DNA of 64,000 nt. It comes from Ylistrum balloti (lineage: Eukaryota). Position numbers and translations under genes: made by a program. A model generated the notes under the pieces. That model searched no databases and had not been told where the DNA came from. It worked only from the letters and a program-made list of their open reading frames with translations. The stretch spans positions 248,001-312,000 of the forward strand of contig NW_026782484.1 of assembly GCF_031769215.1 (NCBI RefSeq). Reading direction: 5' to 3'. Positions within the stretch are counted from its first letter, which is position 1; each line of letters begins with the position of its first letter. Below, piece by piece: positions 38,001 to 49,320 of this stretch.

Positions 38001-39861
38001 TATATAGTAACACGTGTACGATGTTCGTAAGTAAGACTGATGGTTTGTTGTGTTATATATAGTAACACGTGTACGATGTTCGTAAGTAAGACTGATGGTT
38101 TGTTGTGTTATATATAGTAACGCGTGTTCGATGTTCGTAAGTAAGACTGATGGTTTGTTGTGTTATATATAGTAACATGTGTTCGATGTTCGTAAGTAAG
38201 ACTGATGGTTTGTTGTGTTATATATAGTAACACGTGTACGATGTTCGCAAGTAAGACTGATGGTTTGTTGTTTTATATATAGTAACACGTGTTCGATGTT
38301 CGTAAGTAAGACTGATGGTTTGTTGTGTTATATATAGTAACACGTGTACGATGTTCGTAAGTAAGACTGATGGTTTGTTGTGTTATATATAGTAACACGT
38401 GTACGATGTTCGTAAGTAAGACTGATGGTTTGTTGTGTTATATATAGTAACGCGTGTTCGATGTTCGTAAGTAAGACTGATGGTTTGTTGTGTTATATAT
38501 AGTAACATGTGTTCGATGTTCGTAAGTAAGACTGATGGTTTGTTGTGTTATATATAGTAACACGTGTACGATGTTCGCAAGTAAGACTGATGGTTTGTTG
38601 TTTTATATATAGTAACACGTGTTCGATGTTCGTAAGTAAGACTGATGGTTTGTTGTGTTATATATAGTAACACGTGTACGATGTTCGTAAGTAAGACTGA
38701 TGATATTTTTTATTATGTTTGAATAGTGAGTATTTTATGTTACTTAAAAGCTTTGCATCATGTTGTGGTCATTACGAAACAACAGCGCCTCTATAATACA
38801 TTATCATTTCACAGGTTGTTCACAGACTACCCCGATGTTAAGACGATATTCTCGTTCATGAAAGAGGGAGGCGAATCCCTTGAGAGCGAGGCAGTGCGGA
38901 ACCATGCTGAGGGGGTGATGGGTGTGGTGGACTCGGCCGTAGGGGCTATCGACAATCTAGATGGCCTGGCTCCGACTGTTCGGAGTTTAGGGGCCAAACA
39001 CTACACGTACGGAGCCCAAGTTGCACATTTAGGGGTAAGTGATGTCAGACAGTACATGTTTTTTTTTTCAGAAAAACTCCATAAAAGTATTAATGTCATG
39101 CCTATTTTACAAGTGTTTTTGAGAATACATTGCCTTATTGGATCACATCCGGTTTCGAAGTACAGACATGTTGACTTTTGTCCAGATCCGGTTTCGAAGT
39201 ATAGACATGTTGACTTTTGTCCACATCCAGTTTCGAAGTACAGACATGTTGACATTTGTCCACTTCCAGTTTCGAAGTACAGACATGTTGACTTTTGTCT
39301 ACATCCGGTTTCGAAGTACGGACATGTTGACTTTTGTCCAAATCCGGTTTCGAAGTACAGACATGTTGACTTTTGTCCACATCCGGTTTCAAAGTACAGA
39401 CATGTTGACTTTTGTCCACATCCGGTTTCGAAGTACAGACATGTTGACTTTTGTCCACATCCGGTTTCGAAATACAGACTTGGTGACTTTTCATCTATAT
39501 CCGGTTTCGGAATACTAACTTTTGTCTACATTTTTCTCGACATGGAAATATTCAACAATATTACACATCCATGAGTTACAAATAGGATTTGAAAACAAAA
39601 AAAATGGTTTAGATGTAACTATACATTGCATTTTTGTTCTTGACATAAAACTGAGCTTGTCCACACTTTGCCTTGGACTTGATTCCAACCATTGTGCTTT
39701 CGTCTCCACAGCCCGTTGGCGAGTGTTTGCTGTACGCCATGGAGAAGGAGTTGAAGGAGGAGTTTACGAAGGACATCAAGACGGCTTGGGTGAAGCTGTA
39801 TGGTGTCATCAGTGCTGCTTTCCAGGAAGGGTTAGAGGAAGAAGGGCGTAAACAGGGATGA
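32037..39861 (+). CDS. Single-domain globin with MGCxxS N-terminus (neuroglobin-like / globin X-like); join(32037..32179,38815..39034,39712..39861), 170 aa
   Basis: Exon 1 is MGCSTSTTNMEGTKAPLSSVDKTLIKQSWTQF...PMFV-AA|GTAAGC. Exon 2 is CACAG|G-LFTDYPDVKTIF(CD1 Phe)...RNH(E7)AEGVM...LGAKH(F8)YTYG...HLG|GTAAGT. Exon 3 is CCACAG|PVGECLLYAM...AWVKLY...QG*. Phases 2 and 0 fit the B12.2 and G7.0 introns, the total is 513 nt, and AATAAA lies at 40128-40133. Confidence 0.92.
32385..34530. repeat. Composite 21/22-bp minisatellite in globin intron 1
   Basis: The left domain alternates GTTAACAGTGATAAAACTGTAT and GTTAACGGTGATAAAGTTGAT. The right domain mixes GTCGCGGTGATAAAGCTGTATG, TTTGCTTTGATAAAGATGTATG and CTTGCTGTGATAAAGCTGTATG. 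Confidence 0.95.
36570..37270. repeat. Old degenerate tandem repeat (GTCTGTCCGATCAGTCGTATGAATT core)
   Basis: Recurring core motif with diverged spacers. Confidence 0.6.
37845..38705. repeat. Minisatellite, 55-bp unit (GTAACACGTGTACGATGTTCGTAAGTAAGACTGATGGTTTGTTGTGTTATATATA)
   Basis: About 15 near-identical copies, ending ~110 bp before the globin exon 2 acceptor. Confidence 0.97.
39145..39510. repeat. Minisatellite, 39-bp unit in globin intron 2
   Basis: CATCCGGTTTCGAAGTACAGACATGTTGACTTTTGTCCA repeated about 9 times. It explains the RHVDFCPHPVSKY tail of ORF 38726-39574. Confidence 0.95.
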
Positions 39862-40499
39862 TAACAGTGATACCTGTTAGAGTTACTTAACCCTAAGCCG
39901 TGGCTGTGAGTCGTGTGACTGTGTAGGGCCGTGTGACACCTAAGGACTGTCTGTCTATTGTCTATTTTATTGTAACCGTTAGTAAATCGTCAGTGATGTG
40001 TGGTAGAACCTTTAGTCTGTGATATATTCATTGACCATCTGTCATTGTTCAATTGTACTAAATTTATATCTTACCTTTTTTACACGACATAAACATGTAT
40101 TCATGTTCGTTGTCTAAGGATATTGTTAATAAACTAAAACCCTATGTAAACATTTTGCTTCATTTGTAAATAATAACATCCTTTTATCACATGTTTCTGG
40201 ATTCAACAAACCCTCACTCAACAGCATTCGTTTGTTGAACATACATTTCAATCAGACTGTTGACATTTCACACTGGAACGCGATGGTGTGGAGTACAAGT
40301 CCTCTACTGCAAAGAGGACACCAACCTACCTCAATGAAGACTGCAGGCAGCGGTTGCCCGAAGGTTATTTCAAGGTAACCATTGGTTGGTGTTGTTATTT
40401 TAGATAAAAAGAGTATAATTAATACTAAAAGAATATTTCCGATTCATATTTAAAAAATCCTAACCATGATTATCACTAATCAGCCTTTCAACCACCAAG

Positions 40500-41510
40500 A
40501 CAAGAGATCGCAGAGGGATGTTGGCGCCCGCCATTGTTTGTTCTTTGAACGTTGGATTTTTTTCCTTCGCTACTCTGTTTTTATTCATGATTAGAAATTT
40601 TAACATTAATCCTTTGCAGAAATAGCGATAACTGAAGCTGTAGCTAGGGTACTCGACTAATACACCCGCTCCTCAATCAACAACCGCTTTGGAGGGGTTG
40701 TCCCAACATTTCTCCAAGAGGTCTTCGTTTCGTCACCATGGCAACCAAATGGAAACTTTTTCGAAAAAAATGTTTTATTGTATTTGTCATCCATCTGATT
40801 CTTTTTATACTAATTTTCAACTTAATTAGATAATATCTCAATTTCGCCCAATCAGAAACATTCAAATTGTTTCCGTGATAACGGTTTTGGAACACCTAAT
40901 ATCTCAAATTATATGCTATGATTAGCTATAGCATTTGATCAAGTTTAAATGATATGTGAAAGGCGACAACTATATATACATTTGACACAATATTCAAAAC
41001 ATGATATCTACAAGAAGGGGCATAACTCTAAGAAATGTTGTCGAAATTTCACGAAAAGCGAAAGGGCACAATCATATATCGTAAGTACTTTATTAGATCT
41101 ACTTGGCATAATATTCCGGACAGACAGACGGTCAGACAGGATGAATTCTATAAACTTCCGAACCTCGTTGCAAGATTTATGATAATCTTTAACTGCCGAA
41201 TCCAAGATGGTCAGCTGGAAGCCTTTTTGTTCTTTTCTGATCAGTCCCAAAATCAAACCGAAACTATTAGGGACCAAGAGATACCTACATATGAAATTTG
41301 AGAGAGGTTGATCAAGTACTTCTCAAGAAAAAGTAATAACAAACTTCATCTAAAAAACAACAAGATGGCCACCTGTTCGCCAAGTTGTCTTTCTGATCAA
41401 CCATTAAAAAAGTACACAGGCACAACTAGTGATCAATGGGAAATTTGAGAAAGATCCATCCAGTACTTCTCAAAATATTGTGATAACAAATAGGTCGTAG
41501 GTCGATTTGA
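40500..41510. mobile_element. Probable decayed non-autonomous interspersed repeat of the mollusc ACAAGAG-start / (GACA)n type (family not determined)
   Basis: Starts ACAAGAGATCGCAGAGGGATG, contains GGACAGACAGACGG, has two diverged internal copies of a CAAGATGG...TTTCTGATCA...GAAATTTGAGA...AGTACTTCTCAA...ATAACAAA module, and an RFX-like GTCACCATGGCAAC at 40732-40745. Recognised by pattern only. Confidence 0.4.
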
Positions 41511-41524
41511 ATAGTCCACCATCT

Positions 41525-44345
41525 GATAATGTAAACAGCTGGTGTCCTCTACCACAAAGACAACCAGCAACCTTAATGTAGACAGCTGGTGTCCTCTACC
41601 ATAAAGACAGCCAGCAACCTTAATGTAGACAGCTGATGTCCTCTACCACAAAGGCAACCAACCTCAATGTAGACAGCTGGTGTCCTTTACCACAAAGGCA
41701 ACCAACCTCAAAGTAGACAGCTGGTGTTCTCTACCACAAAGACAACCACCCTCAATGTAGACAGCTGGTGTCCATTACCACAAAGATACCCTACAACCTC
41801 AATGTAGACAGCTGGTGTCTTCTACCACAAAGGCAACCAACAACCTCAATGTAGACAACTGGTGTCCTCTACCACAAAGACAACCAGCAACCGTAATGTA
41901 GACAGCTGGTGCTCTCTACTACAAAGATACCCTACAACCTCAATGTCGACAGCTGGTGTCCTCTAACACAAAGGCAACCAACAATCTTAATGTAAACAGC
42001 TGGTGCCCTCTGCCACAAAGATAACCATCAAACTCAATGTATACAGCTGGTGTCCTCTACTACAAAGATACCACACAACCTCAATGTAGACAGCTGGTGT
42101 TCTCTACCACAAAGACAAACAACAACCTCAATGCAGACAGCTGGTGCTCTCTACCACAAAGGCAACCAGAAACCTTAATGTAAACAGGTGGTGTCCTCTA
42201 CCACAAAGATAACCATCAAAATCAATGTAGACATCTGGTGTCCTCTACCACAAAGATACCCTACAACCTCAATGTCGACAGCTGGTGTCCTCTAACACAA
42301 AGGCAACCAACAATCTTAATGTAAACAGCTGGTGCCCTCTGCCACAAAGATAACCATCAAACTCAATGTATACAGCTGGTGTCCTCTACTACAAAGATAC
42401 CACACAACCTCAATGTAGACAGCTGGTGTTCTCTACCACAAAGACAAACAATAACCTCAATGCAGACAGCTGGTGCTCTCTACCACAAAGGCAACCAGAA
42501 ACCTTAATGTAAACAGGTTGTGTCCTCTACCACAAAGATAACCATCAAAATCAATGTAGACATCTGGTGTCCTCTACCACAAAGATACCCTACAACCTCA
42601 ATGTAGACAGCTGGTGTCCTCTACCATAAAGACAACCAGCAACCTTAATGTAGACAGCTGGTGTCCTCTACCACAAAGGCAACCAACCTCAATGTAGACA
42701 GCTGGTGTCCTTTACCACAAAGGCAACCAACCTCAAAGTAGACAGCTGGTGTCCTCTACCACAAAGACAACCACCCTCAATGTAGACAGCTGGTGTCCAT
42801 TACCACAAAGATACCCTACAACCTCAATGTAGACAGCTGGTGTCCTCTACCACAAAGGCAACCAACAACCTCAATGTAGACAGCTGGTGTCCTCTACCAC
42901 AAAGACAACCAGCAACCGTAATGTAGACAGCTGGTGCTCTCTACTACAAAGATACCCTACAACCTCAATGTCGACAGCTGGTGTCATCTAACACAAAGGC
43001 AACCAACAATCTTAATGTTAACAGCTGGTGCCCTCTGCCACAAAGATAACCATCAAACTCAATGTATACAGCTGGTGTCCTCTACTACAAAGATACCACA
43101 CAACCTCAATGTAGACAGCTGGTGTTCTCTACCACAAAGACAAACAACAACCTCAATGCAGATAGCTGGTGCTCTCTACCACAAAGGCAACCAGAAACCT
43201 TAATGTAAACAGGTGGTGTCCTCTACCACAAAGATAACCATCAAAATCAATGTAGACATCTGGTGTCCTCTACCACAAAGATACCCTACAACCTCAATGT
43301 CGACAGCTGGTGTCCTCTAACACAAAGGCAACCAACAATCTTAATGTTAACAGCTGGTGCCCTCTGCCACAAAGATAACCATCAAACTCAATGTATACAG
43401 CTGGTGTCCTCTACTACAAAGATACCACACAACCTCAATGCAGACAGCTGGTGCTCTCTACCACAAAGGCAACCAGAAACCTTAATGTAAACAGGTGGTG
43501 TCCTCTACCACAAAGATAACCATCAAAATCAATGTAGACATCTGGTGTCCTCTACCACAAAGATACCCTACAACCTCAATGTCGACAGCTGGTGTCCTCT
43601 ACCACAAAGATACCCTACAACATCAATGAAGACAACTGGTGCTCTCTACCACAAAGATACCCTACAACCTCAATGTCGACAGCTGGTGTCCTCTACCACA
43701 AAGACAACCAGCAACCGTAATGTAGACAGCTGGTGCTCTCTACTACAGAGATACCCTACAACCTCAATGTCGACAGCTGGTGTCCTCTACCACAAAGACA
43801 ACCAGCAACCGTAATGTAGACAGCTGGTGCTCTCTACTACAAAGATACCCTACAACCTCAATGTCGACAGCTGGTGTCCTCTACCACAAAGGCAACCAGC
43901 AACCTCAATGTAGACAGCTGGTGTCCTCCACCACAAAGATACCCTACAACCTCAATGTCGACAGCTGGTGTCCTCTACCACAAAGGCAACCAACAACCTC
44001 AATGTAGACAGCTGGTGTCCTCCACCACAAAGATAACCATCAAACTCAATGTAAACAGCTGGTGTCCGCTACTACAAAGATACCATACAACCTCAATGTA
44101 GACAGCTGGTGTTCTCTACCACAAAGACAACCAACAACCTCAATGCAGACAGCTGGTGCTCTCTACCACAAAGACAACCAGAAACCTTAATGTAAACAGG
44201 TGGTGTCCTCTACTACAAAGATAACCATCAAAATCAATGTAGATAGCTGGTGCCCTCTACCACAATGATACCCTACAACCTCAATGTAGACAGCTGGTGC
44301 CTTCTATCGCAACGACAACCAAAAACCTTAATGAAGACGGTAATG
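41525..44345. repeat. Minisatellite, 44-47-bp unit (AATGTAGACAGCTGGTGTCCTCTACCACAAAGACAACCAGCAACCTT) with higher-order structure
   Basis: About 60 units. A variant block recurs at ~41931, 42260, 42956 and 43285. Confidence 0.96.
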
Positions 44346-45069
44346 TCAGTTGAAAGACAAGTCGGTGACTCTAAGAATGGTATAGAGATGTTCTTTATTA
44401 TGGTAAAATCATGTTTACAAGAATACGGAGTCTGACAGGCAGAAAGACTTGTGTATGGCACCGTAAAAACATTTTAATACAAATTCTGTTTTGGTCTGAC
44501 TAGATTAAGAAATTACTTTATATATTTCACAGTACTGAATCTACCCACCGGCCACTTATTACAGATTAAATGTCTGTTAAGGTTACAAATTCAAATATAG
44601 AGTTTGTTAAAAAATAACAAAACGGATTTACTGTTATGTGCAAGTTACAACTTAATAACGCACCCTCTCATATAAGACAATATACAACAAACACGATAAC
44701 AATACACGCAGGTTCCCGCCTAAATACACAGAATGAATGCTAACAGGGAAAAAAAACAAAGAAAAGAAAGAAAAAGAAACAGATAGGTAGGAACTGATTC
44801 AAGAATGGAGAGCCCGGGATGTATCGGACTATATAGTAAAGAGAGTCGGTTTTCCACTTAAGGTTTTAACATTATGGCTAGACACGTACTGGGGAGTAGG
44901 GTCAGATTGTGTGTTACACTGCGCATGTGCACTGGAAGTACTGGGGAGTTAATGTCAATTGATAATTTTCGGAAAATCAGTGAAGTACTGGATAACCATC
45001 ATGGAAAACGGACAGATTTGTGTGGATGAAATACAGTCTCAATCACTCAGCTGATGGAACATCCTTCTT

Positions 45070-45118
45070 TGGATCAGTTGGTAGGGTACCACGTCAGAGA
45101 CCTGGGTTTGATTCCAGT
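45070..45118 (+). mobile_element. Possible degenerate tRNA-derived SINE head (Pol III A/B boxes)
   Basis: TGGATCAGTTGG (A-box-like) at 45070-45081 and GGGTTTGATTCC (B-box-like) at 45104-45115. Spacing is shorter than in a tRNA and there is no cloverleaf. Confidence 0.3.
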
Positions 45119-45184
45119 TACAACACTCAAAAGGAATGTGTTTTACCTGTTCTTGTACAATCATAAAATATCTGATCAGTGCTG

Positions 45185-45830
45185 GACAATAAGGTCAGAA
45201 AAGTCGAATTAATGCACGCCCTAAAATAAACAGTTCTAACACTGCCGAATACAGCAAAAATAGAGCAGGCTATGTGTATTCCGGCAATGACAACACCAGA
45301 TGTAGGAGAAAATAAGGTCCGAAAAATACCTGACTGTAAGGTCCGAAAAATACCTGACTGTAAGGTCAGAAAAGTGCGGTACAATAAGGTCAGAAAAGGG
45401 CCGTACAATAAGGTCAGAAAAGTGCGGTACAATAAGGTCAGAAAAGTGCCGTACAATAAGGTCAGAAAAGTGCCGTACAATAAGGTCAGAAAAGTGCGGT
45501 ACAATAAGGTCAGAAAAGTGCGGTACAATAAGGTCAGAAAAGGGCCGTACAATAGGGTCAGAAAAGTGCGGTACAATAAGGTCAGAAAAGTGCGGTACAA
45601 TAAGGTCAGAAAAGTGCCGTACAATAGGGTCAGAAAAGTGCGATACAATAAGGTCAGAAAAGTGCCGTACAATAGGGTCAGAAAAGTGCGGTACAATAAG
45701 ATCAGAAAAGTGCGGTACAATAAGGTCAGAAAAGTGCCGTACAATAGGGTCAGAAAAGTGACGTACAATAAGGTCAGAAAATGCCGGACGATAATATTAG
45801 GAACAAGTCAGAAAAGTGCCGATCTATATT
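45185..45830. repeat. Minisatellite, 24-bp unit (AATAAGGTCAGAAAAGTGCGGTAC)
   Basis: Direct tandem repeat with 8-aa periodic ORFs (NKVRKVRY). Confidence 0.95.
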
Positions 45831-48059
45831 TTGAAAAGGTCGGAGAAGAATCGACCAAGACAACATTTAATGCTAAAGAAGACAAAAACATCATCAGAAA
45901 CCATTGGTTCCCCCACAACATACAAATCTGTCATGTTTCTTTTTGAGATATTATACTCGTCCCAGCGGACGACACAATCAACATAGCGTTGAGTCGTTCA
46001 ATGATCCAAAGGGACGTAACTCTGGTAGATCAAGTAAGCATACGGATGAAAAATACACAGAATGGCAAATGTACATGGTTCAGTCGAAGAGAATATATGT
46101 CTTTCGGGGTTGTGTGGATTTCTGTTTTGTGTAATCAAATCGTTTAAACGATTATATAAAACTGTTTTAAATTTATCACATGTGTTAATTGTATGGTAAT
46201 TCTTACCATATGGTTATTAAACAATATAAACTATACAGAAAATACAAAAACAAAAACAATAAAAATCGCATCAATACGAAATATTCGATAATGGCACATA
46301 ATAATGTATGGAAACAACATACATTTAAATTAGGCGGAGAGAAAATGTGAAAGATAGTCTACCCTTTGAGGTATAATTACAACATATTGTTTATCGTACA
46401 CAAGCGTCAATGATTCCGCATCAACATTTTGTTGTCCTTGTATTACAAATATCACAGAATTGTAACGTTTTATTCTAATACTTATTCCAACTGACGTTTA
46501 AAACAGCATGAAGATCAAACATAACACCTTAAGATAAAACCACTCACGGGATTCCCGTTATATTATATTAGTGGATAATTTCATTATCAAAACAATTCTC
46601 CTTATGCCGTAAGATCGTTAAGTGTTTCCAGCTTCATACCCTGAACGAAGGGAGACAATTATATTTACCTTGGTAACACAGATATCCAGCTAACGGTCTA
46701 TGGTTTGTTTTTAATGTATCGACCAATACATCCCCATGATGCATATGGGATCAATTTATCTTTTCTTGGAAAATTAACAATAAAACAATAAGAATAATAA
46801 CACAGAAGATATGACATGAACCATGTCAACATGATCAGTGTTCAATCTGTTTTTTATCCAGAGGAGAATTTTGATATCACTGGAAACATTTTTCATACAT
46901 GTACAGACAAAATATATAACTTTCCTTCGTGCCAGCTAAAGCCAAAAACAAACTCTCACTCTTCCTTATTATCTCAATAACTGCATTGACAATATTTAAC
47001 ATTAATTAAATCAATTTAATTAGATTAATATTTAATGTTTAACAATATCAGATACAATACATACAGAATACATGGTCAGTGTCTTAAAAATATTATTTAT
47101 ATTGTGGCTATGGTGAAGAAAGATTTGGTGAGTGACTTTTGCCCTTCCGTACCAAGTCAAAATGCAGATTATACTATAAGACACCGACCACGTATTCTAT
47201 TTATCCGTCAACACTTACTGAATATTCACACTATCCAAATTTCAACATCCTATTCAACCTTTGTTTACCTAACGTTGACGTTACCCTGAATTGTGCTTGA
47301 TGATGCACGTCAATATGATTGCACCGCGCAGAAATATAGTTCCACGCTAAAAAGGAATATATCAAGCATTTTGATGAATTTTCGTACACAAACTTGTTTC
47401 AACATATAAAATCGCTTATTTAAAAGGTTATCTATATTTAGAAGTGAAATATTTCAGTAAGTCATGATGTAACTCTGTAGAATTAATGCATGTGCGTCTC
47501 TGCCCAATATAGTACAGCTATATGTAACAGGTGTATCCAAAAATGGCAGCACCAGTTCAGGATATTTCATAAAATCTCCACACATGATGTAGAACACACA
47601 AAGATGTACATACATCAGATACAATACAAACCGGTATATATCTTATAAAATCTCCACACCTTATGCAGGATACATAAAGATGCACATATTTTCCATGGTA
47701 AGATATTTCTTTCAATTTTATGCAACAGAGAACTGGCAAGTTTTCTTAAATAACAATTAAGTTGACATGTCATAAAATTTGAAAACAATAAATTAAGATT
47801 AAGTAAAAACAACCATGGCAATTAACATTAAATTACATCTAAACTGCCTAACTTAAACACTGGGATAAATGATTAAAATCATTTCATTGTATAAAATAGC
47901 ACCAGTCAACACACACGATGCGAGTTGCTTCCTGTGATATCGACCCCCACCCCTCCCTTCCCCCTCCCCACACCACCATGCCCAGTATAACTGCCGGTCA
48001 CAGATAATTAAGTGTCTCCTACTAACTGATTAATACACGTAGCCAACTTAAGGTATCTT

Positions 48060-49320
48060 ACTCAAACAATGTAAGTAACCTTGGTTATACTCGGGTAACT
48101 CATGTTAATGCTTGCATGAAATACGAAGTTACACAAGCTGGTAACTCTTGGTTACACTCACAGGTAACTCTTTATAATAGTCCCATGGACATATAACACA
48201 TGGTAATATTTACAGGAAACTCACAGTGGCACTCACAGGCAATATTTAGTCAGTTCAATTGAAACTCTTACGAGTTACTACACTAACTGATAACTCCTGA
48301 TAACTCTTGGTAACGCTCACACGTAACGCTTGGTTACACTCATGTGTAACTCTTGGTTACATTCACAGGTAACTCTTGGTTACTCTCACAGGTAACTCTT
48401 GGTTACTCTCACAGGTAACTCTTGATTACATTTATAGGTAACTCTTGGTTACTCTCACAGGTAACTCTTGGTTACTATCACAGGTAACTCTTGGTTACTC
48501 TCACAGGTAACTCTTGGTTACATTTACAGGTAACTCTTGGTTACTCTCACAGGTAACTCTTGGTTACATTCACAGGTAACTCTTGGTTACTCTCACAGGT
48601 AACTCTTGATTACATTTATAGGTAATTCTTGGTTACTCTCAGAAGTTACTCTTGGTTACTCTCACAGGTAATTTTTGATTACATTCATAGGTAATTCTTG
48701 CTAACATTCACAGGTAACACTTGTTTAAACTCACATGTAACTCCTGGTTACACTCACAGGTAACACTTGATTTCACTCACATGTAACTCTTGGTTACACT
48801 CACAGGTAACTCCTGGTAACATTCACATGTAACACTTGCTTAAACTCACACGTAACTCCTGGTTACACTCACAGGTAACACTTGATTTCACTCACAGGTA
48901 ACTCTTGGTTACACTCACAGGTAACACTTGATTTCACTCACAGGTAACTCTTGGTTACACTCACAGGTAACTCTTGGTAACATTCACAGGTAACACTTGC
49001 TTAAACTCACACGTAACTCCTGGTTACACTCACAGGTAACACTTGATTTCACTCACATTCACAGGTAACTCTTGGTTACACTCACAGGTAACTCTTGGTT
49101 ACATTCACAGGTAACTCCCGGTTACACTCACAGGTAACACTTGATTACACTGAGAGATAACTCTTGGTTACATTCACAGGTAACACTTGATTACACTGAG
49201 AGGTAACGCTTGATTACACTGAGAGGTAACGCTTGATTACACTGAGAGGTAACGCTTGATTACACTGAGAGGTAACGCTTGCTAACATACACAGGTTACT
49301 CTTCGTTATACTCAGAGTTA
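48060..49320. repeat. Minisatellite, 23-bp unit (ACAGGTAACTCTTGGTTACTCTC)
   Basis: Direct tandem repeat, degenerate at both ends. Each unit holds the inverted pair GTAAC/GTTAC. Confidence 0.93.

Noticed and set aside
38726-39574. 282-aa ORF read as a globin fused to Cys/His/Pro repeats
   Set aside because: Read-through of exon 2 into intron 2. A consensus donor at 39035 and an in-phase exon 3 give a normal globin.
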